Of a stretch of DNA of 64,000 bases, positions 12,244 through 28,189 are shown piece after piece. Made by a program: the position numbers and the translations under genes. Where the stretch lies: positions 13,621 to 77,620 of the forward strand of contig ADNK01002625.1 in the NCBI GenBank assembly GCA_000320545.1, given 5' to 3'. The DNA comes from Bigelowiella natans CCMP2755. Its lineage: Eukaryota; Protista; Cercozoa. Position 1 is the first letter of the stretch. Every line of letters starts with the position of its first letter. Under the pieces are notes generated by a model that did no database searches, was not told the DNA's origin, and saw only the letters and a list, made by a program, of their open reading frames with translations.

Positions 12244-14573
12244 TTGATGATGATGTTGATGTTGATGATGATGTTGATGATAATGATTTATAAAAACAAT
12301 TATGGAACAAAATGGGTTGATTCTCATCGTTGTTAGATATTGGTGTCTTAGTCGTCGTTGTCTTACATGTGGTAATAATTGGTTGATTGGTGGATAAAAA
12401 TTAGAAAATATGATTTGAGAAGTTGATGCATGAATGTCAGCTATTTCCTACTACTACTTCCGCTACAACAACAACAACAACAACTACTACTACTACTACT
12501 ACTACCACTACTACCATATGAGCTTGTAGCAGTCTAATAAATGGCCATGGTTTTGAATCTGATGCATAAAGGTGCACCGTTGACACAAATACGGAATTGT
12601 CGCTATTCCTTGGCGTAGTCTGCTTCTTCTTTCGTTGGTCACTGGCCATGCCCCCCCCCTTAATTTCATGTTTGAAAGAATATGAAGGAGTTCCCGTAGG
12701 AGTGGGAGGGACCATCATCATCATATTTTTTCTCAGTTTCGGCGTTGGAGGGATGGGGAGTGGGGCGCTTCTCCGTGCTGCTTTCATAGCTTCAATAGCA
12801 GCCATAGATGGTGGTTTAAGCGACAAAGAACTTTTACGTCGTGAATTCGATGAGTAGGAGGAGGAGGAGGAAAAACTGGAGGCACGGCTACTACTGTTGG
12901 CATTGAAGTCTTGACCCGAGGTAGTATTATTATTATCATGATCATTAGTAGTTGCAGGGACTACTCGTTCCAACTCAAATATCAAGGCTTTTCGATTACA
13001 CTTAAGGACTCTGCACTCGTCTTCAAATAAACGGTTATATGTTTCTATGTCGCTTAAATTTTTGTGTGCAGTGGGGAGAAATGGCGACTTGAGCATATTT
13101 GCAAATTTCTTTCTTAATGTGCTATTACTATTGCTCCTATTTTTATCTTCGGACCACCCTCCTTCACCTTGAGCTTCCTCATTCTTGCTCCTACTACTGC
13201 TTTGCCTTCTCATCTCCCTGGCCCATTTCTCAGCTACATCCAAAGAAACAACTTCATGTCGAACTTTTCTGAACACACTCTTTCGGTAGAAAATAGCACA
13301 TCCATACTTGTGATTGCCCGCATACTCCCCATCGTAGCCCAAATGTTGCATATTTTGGATCCAATGCGTTTGCCAGTGCTTTTTATCAACCTCTTGAATG
13401 CATATCACATCTGCATCGTAAACACGAATGTGTTTCAGTAAGTTGTCTTTCCGATATGGCCATTGTAAAGCCCAGCCAGGGCATTTGCCTTTGAAACCTT
13501 GCCTAGTTGCCGCATCAGCTAGCGTATTCCACGTCAATAAACGAAACTTACCCATCCCCTCATCAATGGATTCCGAACGGTTGATATTTCTGTGATGCTT
13601 CCAAGGTCTTGGTGATGGCGTGCTTGGGTGTGGAATAACCGGCTGGCTAAATTCCAAGTAAGGCTTTTCATTTACCATAAGATTCACGCGTAGCACAAGG
13701 CCAACATCTTCTTGCTTCGGCGTGTACTCCCAAGTATCTCCAACAACCTCCCATTCTGACACTACCTTTCTCTCTGATGAAGAGGAAGAAGATGGAGACG
13801 ATGAAGAAGATGGCTGAGAAGACTTGGCGTTGGTTGTTGTCTGTTGGTGTAGTAGTAGGTGCTGCTTGTTGTTCTTCCTATACCATTTGATGGAATCCGG
13901 TCTCCTTGAAGGATCTGCTATCTCTGGATGAAGGGCAACACCAACAACAGGTTGAGGCAGTCGCACTATTTCGAATAGATCTAAAGGGGGAGGCCGATGC
14001 CGCTGTGGTAGAGCCATATGGTTGTTCTGCACGGAAGGTGATCTACGGTGCGTGCCTATTTAGGAATGATACGAACAAAGAACAATAGCAATGTGTATAA
14101 GTTGATGATGCATACAGAAAAGAGAATGTAGCGGTGACAAAGTGGAAAAGTAGTATTATTCTGATCACCTGTCGGCTTCTTTCTTGGTGATTCAGCAGAA
14201 AAATTAAGCTTCAGATCAGGGCTAACAAATATTATAACAACGTCATAAACAAGTTTCATGATGATGAAGATGACGATTCGAATCGGCACTTTTACTTTGA
14301 TGTTTTTACATCACCATGCCACCATAAATTGAGACGACTTGGAACCAAAACATCATCACCACCACCACCATCAGTAGCAGCAGTAGTAGTCCATCAGAGT
14401 AATAATAATAGCAAACTTGTTTTCTTTATCTTCATTTTCTTCTTCTTTGATCATGGACTTACACACGGAATCCGCCACCGGAAAAAGACCTCCCCAAGCC
14501 CACACTACTCAATCCTCCACTGTTTGTGCTACCAACAGAATGACCTAGTAATAGATATCATGTTGTTAGATGA

Positions 14574-14605
<32 letters not shown>

Positions 14606-15077
14606 AGGACAAGATTGAATAAGAAGGCAATGAGGACGAAGTAATATCTTCTATAATGATGTTACCAGCCGCACCGTGATAATAATGCTATTTTTTAGTG
14701 GATAATATTCATATGTATAATTAATGAGCACATTTCTATCATCGGAAATTGATGCAACATTCGATGGAATAATTACGATATACACACGCTATTCTTGGTT
14801 AGTATTGTGATGCATATCTCACGTGCATGCTGAGGAGATGTATCTGGAGGCTGCTTGGACTTGGATGATGGGCTATTTCTTTTCCTTATATTTCCAAGAA
14901 TCTCAGGAGATTTAAGCAGATTAGGGGACGATAAAGTGCGATGATTGTGCCTGAACAACCAAGGAATATCATCTGCCTCAGTCTAGACTCCCTCCTATTC
15001 TGTTTGCCTTCTTCTTATTCTTCTCTTTTGTGTTAACATTCCTTCTACTGCATACCCTCCTCCATACAATATAATAT

Positions 15078-15146
<69 letters not shown>

Positions 15147-15984
15147 TCCAGGAAAAACATCATTTTATACCTTGGAAACGTCAACGCGTATGTCGATGAT
15201 GGAGTGCTGGTGCTAAGAATAGTAGTAGTAGGAAGTAAAGGATTTCATCATAGATCATGATCATATTGTGTATTTTGTAACAATTTAATGGGTTAAAATC
15301 AACAATACCCCATTCTAGAGTCGCCTATCTCCCCCCAATGAAACCCTGATAAGATGATTACATGGAGATGAGAAAGTGGTGGAGGTGGATCACAAATATT
15401 CGCAAGGAAGAGAGACCGAGAATAATAAAGGGAGATATTCAAAAATGCCATGTTATGTTGACTGACAAAGCACGAATTTCGGAGACGACTTAAGTATTCA
15501 ACGGCGAGATTAGGAAGTACTATCACGTGCTCACCTCCACGTTTTTGAGAATTTTTAGAGGTCATAAGTGGAGATGCAAGCCCCCTTGGTGCTGGTGGGG
15601 ACTCTGAAAGATATTCTGAGGGCGAGTTTGACAACACAGAGACTAAAGATAGTATTACACAACATACCAAACCAACAAAGGAAGAACTCCGTAAATCACA
15701 ATGGCTATATAACAGCGGAAATGACTTGATAACAGTGCACAAACGACGATTATTAGCACAAATGACTCCATAACAGAGCACAAATGACGATTACTAGTAT
15801 GGCCCCAAGGAAACCCCACATAGCACTTAGTCCTGTTACAGGTGCTGTTTCTAATACTACTACCGTGACTTCTAATAGGTGTAGATATTGGTGTAGGAAC
15901 AGTAGGAGGAGGAGGCGCACATCCCTTCGGTCGATCCTCCTATAAAAAGTGAACAAGAAACCATAAATCAAAGAAAAACACACA

Positions 15985-16025
<41 letters not shown>

Positions 16026-17447
16026 ATGAATCCACCTCCTAGTACAGTTCAGAGAGAAAATAGATAAACATATACAGCAGCAGCAAGAGTACTCACAGTA
16101 GGTGCTTGAAGAGTAATATTCATTTTCGAGGACATCATCGGTTGGTCTTCATCATTTGACTCTGTTGGTAGTATCAGAAAACAAGTACACAGAACAATCA
16201 ACAAATTTGGGTGATGGCTTGAATGACGGCATCCAGTATCGCCCTTTTGAACGCATCAAGTACTAACATAGAACCATGAGCTGCTAAAATATTATTAACC
16301 TTTGACTATTGTTCGCGGTATTGCGAATATAAATCTTTTTGTTATGTTTGCTGAACGGTGTTTTAATGTACATTTTCGGTGTTTTTTCACATGATTTCCA
16401 GATGCAAAATAAGAATATTTCATATTACCCAAAATGCCAAAGATAGAACATAAATGTGCATGAATAAATAATAACAATGATTAATGATGATTGATGAATC
16501 ATAGCTACTACCTGATTCCGATCCCTTCTGTTCTTCATCTTCTTCCTTTGCATCATCATCGTCCAGTAGCTTATTGTCATTCTTTTTCTCAACCCTTTTT
16601 CCTTCGAAACTGTTTAACCGCAACCCTTCTTCACTAGCCTCCTCCTCATTCTTTTCATAGCTGGTGCTACTACTATTGTTATCTTTGCTCTTTTTAATAA
16701 TTCTGGAGGCAGTAGTCGAAATGGATAGAGGTCTCCGCAATATCCCCCCCCCTTTTTCATTGTTGTTGCTGTTGGTGGTACTACTGCTATATGGCATGGG
16801 AATCCCTCCACCGCCACCTTTTCTTGGAGGAGGGGGACTCATCGGCTTCAAAGGACTCATATTGTAATGAAGTATTCGTCCAGGGGTACTGAGATCATCC
16901 ACCAAGTAATACATTAAAAAACCACTGCGAGAATGCATATTTACTACATATTCAATGACATCCTCTCTGGAGTTGTGTAATTTATAATATCGATTAGTGG
17001 TAGTAGTAGTAGTAGTAGTAGTAGTAATAGCCATTTGATAGACCGATTCTTCGATGGTAACGTCAACCAACATGTTATTATTATTATAGTGCGTATTTTA
17101 AATTCTGACCGTATTCCATTGGGATCTTCGTCGTCATAATCCTCTTTGCAACGTGTACGGTTCAAAGAAGAAGAGTGGTCTCGTGATCTCTCCCTGCTAA
17201 GTTCCCTAGAGGAAGAGTGTAAACCACCGACGACGATCTAGAGAAGAAGAAATATTCAATAAAATAAACCACAACTCAGACGTGTTGTACGTGGTCACCA
17301 CTACATTTCTCAAATATATTCGAAGCTAAAATATATGCGGTTGACATATTTTCGTGATTTGAGAGCTGTGAACACCTCCTTCTCTTTTGTAATGTCATGC
17401 TGTGGAGGCTTGTGAGAATCGTTGTTCATTAAACCCATCATCATCAT
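11104..17447 (-). CDS. CCR4/PDE12-like endonuclease-exonuclease-phosphatase (EEP) protein with a long disordered N-terminus; multi-exon
   Basis: Motifs FRLLTWNTLAD, WPYRK..LLKHI..YDADVICIQEVD, GCAIFYRK, GDFNSAP, SAY...GHEP, SSDHQPLV. The PDE12/plant-CCR4-type N-domain motif WEVVGDTWEYTPKQEDVGLVLRV is present. Exons from 17447 to 14055 splice in phase into ORF 12437-14032. Confidence 0.8.
11690..11781. repeat. 47-bp tandem duplication spanning an exon end and splice donor of the EEP gene
   Basis: atgcatataataaatRataccttggttcatgacccaatattgta occurs twice. Confidence 0.85.
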
Positions 17448-17544
17448 CACCCCAATTTTCTTGTTTTTCTCCAACTACATTTCCAAGTGCATTAAAATTT
17501 CTTTCATTCTATGTTTAATATAATTTCAATGCAAATGCATGCAT

Positions 17545-18900
17545 TCAGGGAATAAAAGATTGGTCAAAATGAGCAATAGGAGCTATGTATGCTACCCTTG
17601 TCCTATCTTCAAAATTCAGCCCGGGGATATTTATCGGCGATTCTCCAGCCTTTGTTATTTTTGGTATATTCAATTCAAACCCAGTAGCTCTTTTGGTCTC
17701 GTTCCTGGGGTTTACAATATAGACACAACAACCGTTAGGAGAAATGCTAGTTTTGCGAAACCACTACAGGAGTTTTGCGCTACAATATCTTTAAAATTAC
17801 CTCGGAGATACATGGCAACGCTCTGAAAGAGAGCTTGAAAGATCGGAATACTCCCGATCGCCTTTTGAAGGAACAGCTACATCGTCATCAATCTCCATTT
17901 TCGAATTTCCACCTCGGACCACCCCTTCCAAATTGTTGGTTCTTATCATGCGTTGTGGACGTTGCAACTGAGTAGCTGAGATTTATTTTCCCCACACCTG
18001 CAATTCAAAAAACCAATAAATTCTATTATAATACAGGCCTTCCGATCTAGCAATATATCAATTCTCAGTATAAGTCCTCCTGTGATCGCGGTAGTCAGTG
18101 GTGGCAAAGTATGCGGTAGACAGTTTCACGTTTGAATGCCTTCACCACCGACACCACATCTCAATTATAATTTTTCACGTATTGAAAGAAGTCTATATTT
18201 CTGAAGAAAGAATGACGCTTCATGTGAATGTTTCGTATTGTCCACTACAATCTTTTTTTCATTTTTTGAGCTCCGCGATTGCAATACAGAGGTTTTATCA
18301 GAGCTACGTTCGGGCTGACCTTCTTCAGCAGTCCAGTATATTGGTGTGATGGCCTCAAGGCAAGTGTAAGTCCTCTACCTTTCCTTCTAAGTGCTATGGC
18401 CACCACAGTAGCAATGCCATATCCGCTTCTTCTTCACACACTTCCAAATGGCTTCTTTTCAGGGCGTTCGTTCAGAGGTAGGCAAGCAGTTAGATCAACG
18501 ATTGCTTTGAAATAACACTGAATTTCCTTCTGAGACATCAATAAATACTAAAATATTGCTATAAATCACTGCATCAGTCACTTAATCGGTTGCAAATACT
18601 TTTTCAAAACTCAGCGCTGAAGTTAAAGTACGACAAAATTATCAACACCGTCTCAACCTTTTCCAAGGCGGAAGTAAAAAAGGACCTACATCTTTAAAAG
18701 GAAGGTTGAAAACGATCGTAGTGGAGAGTTCCTTTTTGTCCAAAAAATTTGGCCAAGCGATTGTCGTACATACTATGAAGTAATGAAATCAGGGCCGCTT
18801 AATGTGTGTTGTGCCGAGCGAGCTCGAACAACTACCAAGAATACCGGCTGCAAACACGCCCAAACAACGACTGGAATAATAGACGTATGTGTGACAACCA
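17545..18900 (-). CDS. Hypothetical multi-exon protein; 5' exons unresolved, possibly degenerate
   Basis: Phase-compatible exons LQRPQRMIRT...MEIDDDVAVPSKG...VSPR and NETKRATGFELNIPK...FDQSFIP*, with GT/AG borders. No recognisable domain. Confidence 0.35.
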
Positions 18901-19264
18901 TCCGATCAAGATTTTATCTTTGCGGATGAATAATGTGCTATTTATAGCATGAGATGGCTTCCTTCCCAAGAATTCTTATTCTTTGATCCCAGTACATGTG
19001 CAACAGAGGTGACCGTAAACAGACACATTTTGGTAAGACATATCACCGTTGAGTTATGAACAGATTGGGGTAAAATGTGGGCATAATATTGAATATTTCC
19101 TGATATTTTTTTACGATATATAAGTGTCAAATTATTGTCTAATTGGTGCACATGTTGTTGTTTCTGTTCTCCGCATGCTGTCTGGGTATGCAGTCACAGA
19201 TGCCCCCATCTCATCACAACGATGATGCAGAGAATGTTCGGCCACTCTTGTCAATAACTGTACT

Positions 19265-22200
19265 ATGGATCATTTAGCGTACGAAGTAGCAATAAGTGGT
19301 CCACTGGAAGGGCAAGAAACATTTTTGTGAGGAAGAATGAAAGTTTTTGACAGCAGCAGGGGATCCAGCAGGGGGAGGAGAATCTGCTGCGACTGCAAGG
19401 GATATGGGATTTATGCGGCTGCTGGCAATTCTGTTTACTACCACCGACTTCTCTCTGTGCTGGCCTCCGCTATATGCTCCGTCATAATGATGATGATAGC
19501 AATGCCAATGGTAGAAGTAGACTAAACCGTACAAACGATTAACCACGATATTCTTCTCTAATTATCTACTATTTGTTATCACCATACAGCAGATGGAGGA
19601 CCAACAGGGTTATGAGGGTAGATATAACAGCACACCAGCCTCATCTTCATACTCCTACCATCACAGTCATTATTGCCACAGTAGAAGCAGTAGTAGTCCC
19701 AGTAGTAGTACTAGTAGTGCTAGTAGAAGTAGTAGTGGTAGTAGTAGTAGAGGTAGGAATAATCTGGGTAGCAGCTTGTATATGTTGAGGCATAAATCGG
19801 CTTATCACCAAATTGGGAGTGAAAAGTATAAGCAGAAGCCGCAGGCAGAGGTCCGTGAGAGCATTCCATTCAAGAAAGTCCCCACAAACTGGCTACCAAA
19901 GGTGAGTCGATGGATGACACGATCATGATAATTGATGATGATTCAGACGATAACGAAACATATAGTGGTGGTGATAGCTGGGAATACTTTTGTGTGGTAT
20001 TATTATTATTATTATTATTGTTGTTGTTGTTAGGACACCTTGGTAAGCACCGTTACTGGGCTAGGATGCTATCCAGTTGAAGTTAGAGATATCATTTGGC
20101 AAGTTGGCCGAAGAGGGAGAGATGACCTCTTCATACAACATCCATATTCCCTTTGTTTTGGCCCGGATGGGTGAGCAGCTTAGTCATCATCATCATCATT
20201 ATCATCATCATCATCATCATCTAGTGCATTCATGATCCATTCTTATCAATATGTTCCTCCTCATCCTTGATACTACTACACATACAAACAGGTGGCTTTA
20301 CGTTGTCGATTCCATGGTGCATAGAATTGTGCGAATTCACCCTAAGCATGGGTACGGAGAGCACGTAGCAGGATTCGGCTTAAACCACATATCAGAAGAC
20401 ATGTACGCTGGGACAGGACGGCTGTTTAGAGATGGGGTTGGATCGGAGGCCATGTTTGAAACGCCTATGGGCATTGCTATCGACAAGAAGAGTGGAATCA
20501 TCGTGGTATTCGATGCACGTATGTGTGTATGCAATGAAGATTAAGTGAATGGATGAGGATGTTCACGATGACGGAGTGCTAGTTGCGGGACTAAACTGCT
20601 ACTTTTATTGAGAATTAGCATGATGGCATCTTCTTCATCATCATCATCATCTTCTTCTTCTTCCTTGCTCATTGCTGGTATTAGGTAGCTGATACGGATA
20701 ACAACCGTATTCGAAGGATTTTCCCTAACAGAAACGTCGATACGCTAGCAGGACCAGGAATCAATCCGTAACTAGTTACTACTACTACTACTACAACTGC
20801 GTGTGTTGTTGTTTGTTTGTTTGTATGCGCATGTACTGTATCTTATTATGTAGTTCAAAAGCTAAGGAAATAAACATTCATTACATCGTTGTTTTTACTT
20901 TCCTCACCTCCTCTCTCCTCTTTCCACGGTTAGCTTCGGTTATATTCATTGTTGCGATTCTTCCTTTTAGTGGTTTGGTTCATTTTGATGATCTTATCTG
21001 ATGATAACACACAACAATGACTTAGATACGAGCATGTGTTGAAGGACCTGCTAGGAATATCAACGAAAGACCTTAAAGCGCGGATATCAAATTCCGAAGA
21101 TGAATCACTTGCTTCTGAGGATGCACCGTAATAGGAGATAAATAGAGTATGCGTACTAGATGGAAATGGATAATAATAATAATGATAATAACAATCTCAC
21201 ATATACTAAATCTTTCATATTTAAAGTGGTTCATAATTACATAGTGAGACGTCATTATTTACTACTGGTTGGTGCTGAATACTAGGTTACATGAACGTCA
21301 GTTTTTATACCGAAAGTATCGCAACTGTCCTTTGAATTCTCCACGTGCTGTTGCATGCGACAAGCATGGAAATGTTTACATAGCAGATTCCTCAAACTAT
21401 ATGATCAAAAAGGTACTACTACTACAACAACAACAACAACTACTACTACTACTACTATTACTACTACTATTACTAGCGAGTTGTTTGTAGTGATAAATAG
21501 TTTCTATAGTACTCACTACACACGTGTACATCGATAATGTGATATTGCTATTCATCGTGCAATAACAAGACATATTGCTCATGCAGGTATCCCCAAACAA
21601 GCACTTGACTCATGTAGCTGGAACTGGAGAGAGGGGGTGGAGAGATGGGCCTTCAAAATACGCAAGGTTGGGTTGTGTGAAATCTCTCGCAGTTGACGAT
21701 GAAGGAAACGTCTTCTTCACCGATCCAATCAAATTCATAAGCGGGGATAACCACCACATACGAAGAGTCACCCCTTGGGGCTATGTAGAGACTATTGCAG
21801 GAGCAGGTCACAACAAAGAACAGCTGTGTGAATATTGGCTAACAATACCTGCTGCTACTACTACTGCTGCAGTCTAATAATACATAAAGAACATGGTTAT
21901 GTAATAGTAGTAAGTATCAACATGGATGTTCTTGTTAAAAGTGTTATTCTTCTTCATATTCTTCTCATGAATCTTCGTCTTCTTCTTATTTTTCTTATTA
22001 TCATGACACACAGGAGAGGCTGGCATAAGAGACGGCCCCTTTTCATCGGCATTATTTCATAACCCAGCAGGGCTATGCATTGATAAGTACGGGAACATCC
22101 TAGTCGCTGATACTACTAATTGCAAGATTAGACGCCTAACTCCGGGTGGAGAAGTAACGACTATAGCTGGGTCAGGGGGGTATAACCCTATCTTTGGCCA

Positions 22201-22546
22201 TAGAGATGGATATGGTAATAGGAGTACCATCATATCTCTACTGCTACTACTGCTGCTACTACTACTACTATGTGATGACAGTGATAGAATGAAGTAGATA
22301 TTGACTCATGATTGATGGTTATTTCGATGTCTTGATTCTGATGTTAGTGTTGTTGGGTGTTGTTAAGGACCCTTCTCGTACTTCGGTTATCCCTTTGGTA
22401 TTACCACCGATGTGAATGGGGAGATCTGGGTTGGTGATACGTTCAATGGCATGATAAGAAAGCTGTCCTACGATCCTGCCAGGGCATGCCTGGCAAAGGA
22501 AAAGGTTCAATGTGAGAATGTGCCTGATAAAGGGCGACAGTTTGAT

Positions 22547-22580
<34 letters not shown>

Positions 22581-23703
22581 GGTGCTAAAAAGAGAGGAGA
22601 AGATAAGACAAATATACAACAATGTCCGCGGTAGTAGAGATCAACAGCTTCCCATTCATAATAGAAGTAGTAGTAGGAGGCGTGTGAAAGGGATTGTGCA
22701 CTACTGTAACGACGATATGGATGATGCTAATGATGACTACCATGGGGGTAGCACTGATATGATGGAAACTGTATCTATTGACGACGACGATGATGATGAT
22801 AATGACAATGAGAATCAAGGCAAGAAAGAGGAAAAGGAAGAACAAGAAGAGTCTCGAAGACTCTCTAAGTACTATAACAATGATGACTACCATCAAAGTA
22901 TCAATGAAATGGCCTTTAGTCGCGAAAACCTACTGCGCACACAAGGAGGCAGCAGAGATGTGATGCCCTACTACAAGATTCAGTCGGTCTTAGACGCTCT
23001 CAAGAAAGCTTACTTTCCTAAGGCCTTTCAGGCACATGAATTGCTGGAGGGAAGGAAAAAAACAAATGAAATCATACGTCATGATGAGAAGAATGCATTA
23101 GAATTTATCAAGGTTCTATAATGCATTGAACGTATCGATAGTACATCAATAAATGATATGTTTTAAAGGCTGTCTACAGGGCATATTCCATCACCACCAT
23201 ATCCCTTCATCCCAATTATTGTTGTTGTTGTTGTTGTTGTTTTGCCATTCATCCTGACAGAATGCAATCAGTCTTTAATGACACTGATATCGTTTATTTT
23301 CCTCGCTTCGTGTGTTGTTGGTGCTGCTATCCTAATGCGACGAATCGAGCAATAATGATAACATTCTACGATGTTTGATTCATTAGGCTTTACCACAGCT
23401 GCTGCTTAAGGAGGGCGGTTTCGATCTCCAGCATCCTCATGTGCTAATCAATCCTGATAATAATGATGATAATGATGGTGATAATGATGACTGGACGATA
23501 ATATATTTATAATATATCTTCATTGTTATGATAAATTCTTCTCAGCTTCCATGGCGATGCAGTCTCTGTGGAAATATGAACAACATAGTAAAAGATGAAA
23601 CATGCGCCAATTGTGGTGATACAAAAGCGCAAACGATAAACCAAGTAAAGGAGAAGGCAAGAAGGCTGGGCATTGCTAACATAAGCGGTCATTTCGCAAT
23701 ACA

Positions 23704-23739
<36 letters not shown>

Positions 23740-24308
23740 CGCGCACATGTATATTTCAGAGGCTGTTGCAATACTATCCACACTTTGTTCGCATAGTTCT
23801 TTATATTTCCATGCATCCTACTATTTGCCATTGTATCTTCTTCTTCCTATTCTTGCCTAATTTCCTCATACTGTCTATATCCATTGCTTCATCGATTTAT
23901 TTAGCCATTTACCTATTGATATTTTGATTTAAGCAGAATTGGTAGAGTCACGCTTTCTCGATGGCTCCGTAAGTCTTCCAGCGGATCGAATAGCTAATCC
24001 ACCAAAACTATCATCAATTAGCGACAATTCCCTTGTGTCTGCTGCGAAGAAAAAGGCCTTGGAGAAAGAGAAGGATAAGCTGATGGCGCAGGGGTTTGAT
24101 CTCTCTAACGAAGGTCTAGTCAAAGACATGCTGCATTTGCCGTCTAGAATGACTCTTTTGAGAGAGGCGCGTAAGAAGGCCTTTGGAGGAAAAGCTGCGA
24201 AGAAGCTCGATCAAGATGCTAAGAAGGTTTGTTGTCAACTATTAGATTACTGATTTATACGACGATGAGCTTATGTATTCGTCCTAGATTGATTGATGGT
24301 CATTGATA

Positions 24309-24342
<34 letters not shown>

Positions 24343-24486
24343 CTTGATGATGATGATTATGGTGATGCTGATTGGAAAGACAAAGAGCCATTTAAGATAT
24401 AAAGATGTAGAACTACGGTGAAGCAATGAAAATAGTAAAAGAGATCATTGCTCGAAGTAATCTAATCTTATCATTACGATATAACG

Positions 24487-24525
<39 letters not shown>

Positions 24526-25613
24526 TGTTTGTGTGTTTGATTTTTGCCTAACTCTGCTTATTCTTTCTTCTTCTTCTTTGCATTTCCACACAGGTCAAAT
24601 TTAGAACTAGTGGCAAGGATATGTCGGCAAATAAGCTTCGTGACTTAACAGCTGAGAAAGCTGGAGAGGCGTTGAAATATAAGGGTGATATGGATGCAAA
24701 TCTTGATGAAATGTTTAAGCAACGGTATGTGACCAAGAATGACCTCCTACAACCCGACTTCTACGACGATGATGATAAGGCACGATCCAGCAATGAGGAT
24801 ATTGATGATGATGGCTATGATGCCAAAGCAGGAGGAAGAGGAAGAAAGGGGGAATATAAAAGCAGCACTAGTCGTCGCAGAAACAGTTATAGCCTACCAG
24901 ATATTGCTGATAATGATGGTGTTAGTGGTAAAAATAAGACGAGGGAGGAGAAATTGACAACAGATAGAGTGCAATATAAACTGGAAGAAGGCAAAGATCG
25001 TATAGCCTCAAGCCTGATGGAAGTAGCCTCGCCCTCCTCTTCATTAACAGCAGCGAAGAATGAAATGGCTGCGACAGAATCTAGAAGTGCAAAGACTGTA
25101 ATACAACGGAAAACTACCAAGGGCAATAGCAAGAAAAAAAGGTTTCCGAAGGACAGTATACGCGGTGATGACGATGAAGGCCTCAATGGCCTCGTTGTTG
25201 GCGCACACTCATCTTCCTCCTCATTAGATGAATTTGAGCAAATGCTTAAAGACGCAAACGACGATGTAAAGGTTGAAGGAGGGGGTAAACAGAGAATCTA
25301 CCCAGAAGACTTTGAATATGAAGGGACTTTCAAAACCCCTCCACGCACTAATCATGAGGGTGCAGCAGTGCCGATACGGTACTATAAGGTTACTCTAACA
25401 TCGAAGCCATTGGGAATTACTCTTTACCCAGATACCACAAGAGTGCAATCTGTTAGTGACAAGGCCAGACGCCTTGGCGTATCCATCAACGATTCTCTTA
25501 TCACAATCAACCGAAACTTTGTAGGCCCATTTAATTGGAAGAAGAAGTTTGAGGAGGTGGATGTGCCTATGAAGATGGGATTTGCTGGTGTGGATCATTC
25601 GGTACTAGTATTC

Positions 25614-25659
<46 letters not shown>

Positions 25660-26287
25660 TATATTTATATATACATTTTCACAGATGACAACGCAAAGTG
25701 TGTTTTGCTATTGTTAATGGTGTTGTATTATTGTGCTTTGTCTCTATTACTAGCGTCTTCGTGAGATGAAAAGGAAAGAAAATGCGGAAAAGGAACAGGA
25801 GCACGAACCAACAGCAGAAAACCCAAATGTCTTTGATGAGAAGCAATATCACAACGCTACTACTATTACTACTACTACTACTACTGCTATTTCTACTACC
25901 ACCGGCAGCAGCAGCACCTGGAACATGCCAGAACCGTAAGACATTAACATAACAATGTCCTGACCTCTCATCATTAACAAACAGCAAGAACATCAATACC
26001 ACGATATTAACTAATAAGGATCATTTTCAAATTAATGATATAATTAGAGCAATGCATCTATCCCCTCCCAACCGTCCCCCTTGCTGCCTTCTTAGTTTTA
26101 CAGATCCAGTGGATGCTGAGACCAAGCGTAAGATAAAGACGCTGGTTAGCCTGATGCATCGTATGGGATTTCGAGACTATGGAAAGGGGCCTTATCCAGG
26201 AGCAAGGGTAAGTGCGTTGTCTCTTCCTCAAGCGTGTTGATTGAAGAGTGCGTTTCATGTGATGATAACGATGACGATGACGACGAC

Positions 26288-26320
<33 letters not shown>

Positions 26321-28149
26321 ATTGATGGTCAAACTACTACTATTCACAGGATATATTGCTCAAGAATGCATCTCATCCTGGAGGTCGCATGTACTTTCTC
26401 TTTGACAGCGACGAGGACATAGGCTTTGAATACAAGAATGGCACTGTAGTCCGTATCATTGAAAACTCACAATCTCAGCTCTATGGGGTGGAGGTGGGAC
26501 AATAAATCCTCGTAGTATTATTATCATATATATATACCAACTATATCATATGGTGTAGTAGTATTAGTAGTAGTCGTACTAATATATTTATATATACCAA
26601 CTATATAATATGGAATAGTAGTAGTAGAGGTACTGCTCTCTCCGCCTCTCTTCTGTCACCTCTACCACCGAGAAACAAGATATTTCCGACATAAGAAGGA
26701 GGGGAGAAAGAGAGAGAGAGAGAGAGTGAGGGAGATTGAGAGTGGAGGGGTGTGATTTTATACTTTACATTAGTATCTAGTAAGCACATAATTAGTTCTT
26801 TGTTGTTGTTTGTTGTTGTTGTGATTGTTATGCTTATGCAGGTTGGATGGCGCATTCTAAATGTAAATCGAGTACCTTTGAGGTGCTGGGCCACAGCATC
26901 ATCTACATCGTCGTCATCATTGCCTTTTGCCCCTTCTTCTTCCTCTTCGCCTCAAAGAAGTACTACTACTAGTAGTAGTACCCTCCTTGCTGTAGACGAG
27001 GAGATAAAAGAAAGAATAGAAAGGGCAAGGCTATACGGTGAGTATTCTATCGACTTTTACGTGCCACCATTGCCTGTGAAGGATGCACTCATCAATGCTT
27101 TTCGAATGGAGTATCAAGTTAAAGAAGCTTTGGAGAGAGTTGATTCTCGTCTTATGGCAATGGATACTACTTCAATCGACTTCACACCCAAAAAATGGGA
27201 TTTGATGGGGTTAGAAACTATTTGTACTTTGTTGTTCTTCTCCTGCTATCTTGATGATACCGTCATCTGTTTCCATATGATACCTTTACTTAGTATGATC
27301 TATACATCTCTCTGACACTACCACACATCCCATATTGTGATATTATATACAATTCAAAGGCAGGAGATGGGACTATACCCCAAAATCAATGAAGATGAGG
27401 AGGAGGAGGAGGATTACATGCAAAGACGCACGGGGGGGGGGAGATTCTTCACCAAAGATGACGATTGTTGCGGCTGCGACGATGATGATGAAGATGAAGA
27501 TACAGAAGTTCTAATGGAGAAGAAACGTCGGAGAAAAGTAAGGGCAGAAGCTAAAAGAAGCCTGGATTTGATCGGACTTAAAGAAATTGACGATAATGAT
27601 CCTGAGATAGATCCTGATTGGCGGCGTGTTTTGATTCAAGTTGAAAATGTTCCTTTTGGAATGCTTGTATGGCCAAACCCCCCCCCCTGCAACTACTATA
27701 TCTCAAATGACTCAGCGGTGCTACAGCTACTACTGCTACTACTACTAATACAACTAATAGTATTGCTGTCTCTCATCAATATGCTGTATATGTGCTCTTG
27801 CTACTTTTGGGTACTTATGATTGTTATGAAAAGGGAGGAGAAGATAGTTATCATCTGATAGTATCAATCGATTTATCTGCAGTAGTAGCAGTTAGTAGTA
27901 CTAATAATAGTAATAGCAGCACCAACAACAGCAGCTTGAGGCCTAAAGTGCTCCGATAACACTTAATCTCTCTCCCTCTCTCTCTTTCACTATCATCATG
28001 GATCTAATATATGTATGTATATGACAATAATGCGTTGTAGGTCGTTGAGGGTGTAGTAGGTGACGCTATGTACCAAGGAGTGAGGGCTGGAGATATCATA
28101 ATAGGAGTTGATGGATACAGTGTCAATGTCTCGACGTGGAGAAAGGTAC

Positions 28150-28189
<40 letters not shown>

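Noticed and set aside
15720-15800. 41-bp diverged duplication that looks like a frameshifted transmembrane exon
   Set aside because: It falls inside an intron in the phase-consistent EEP gene model.
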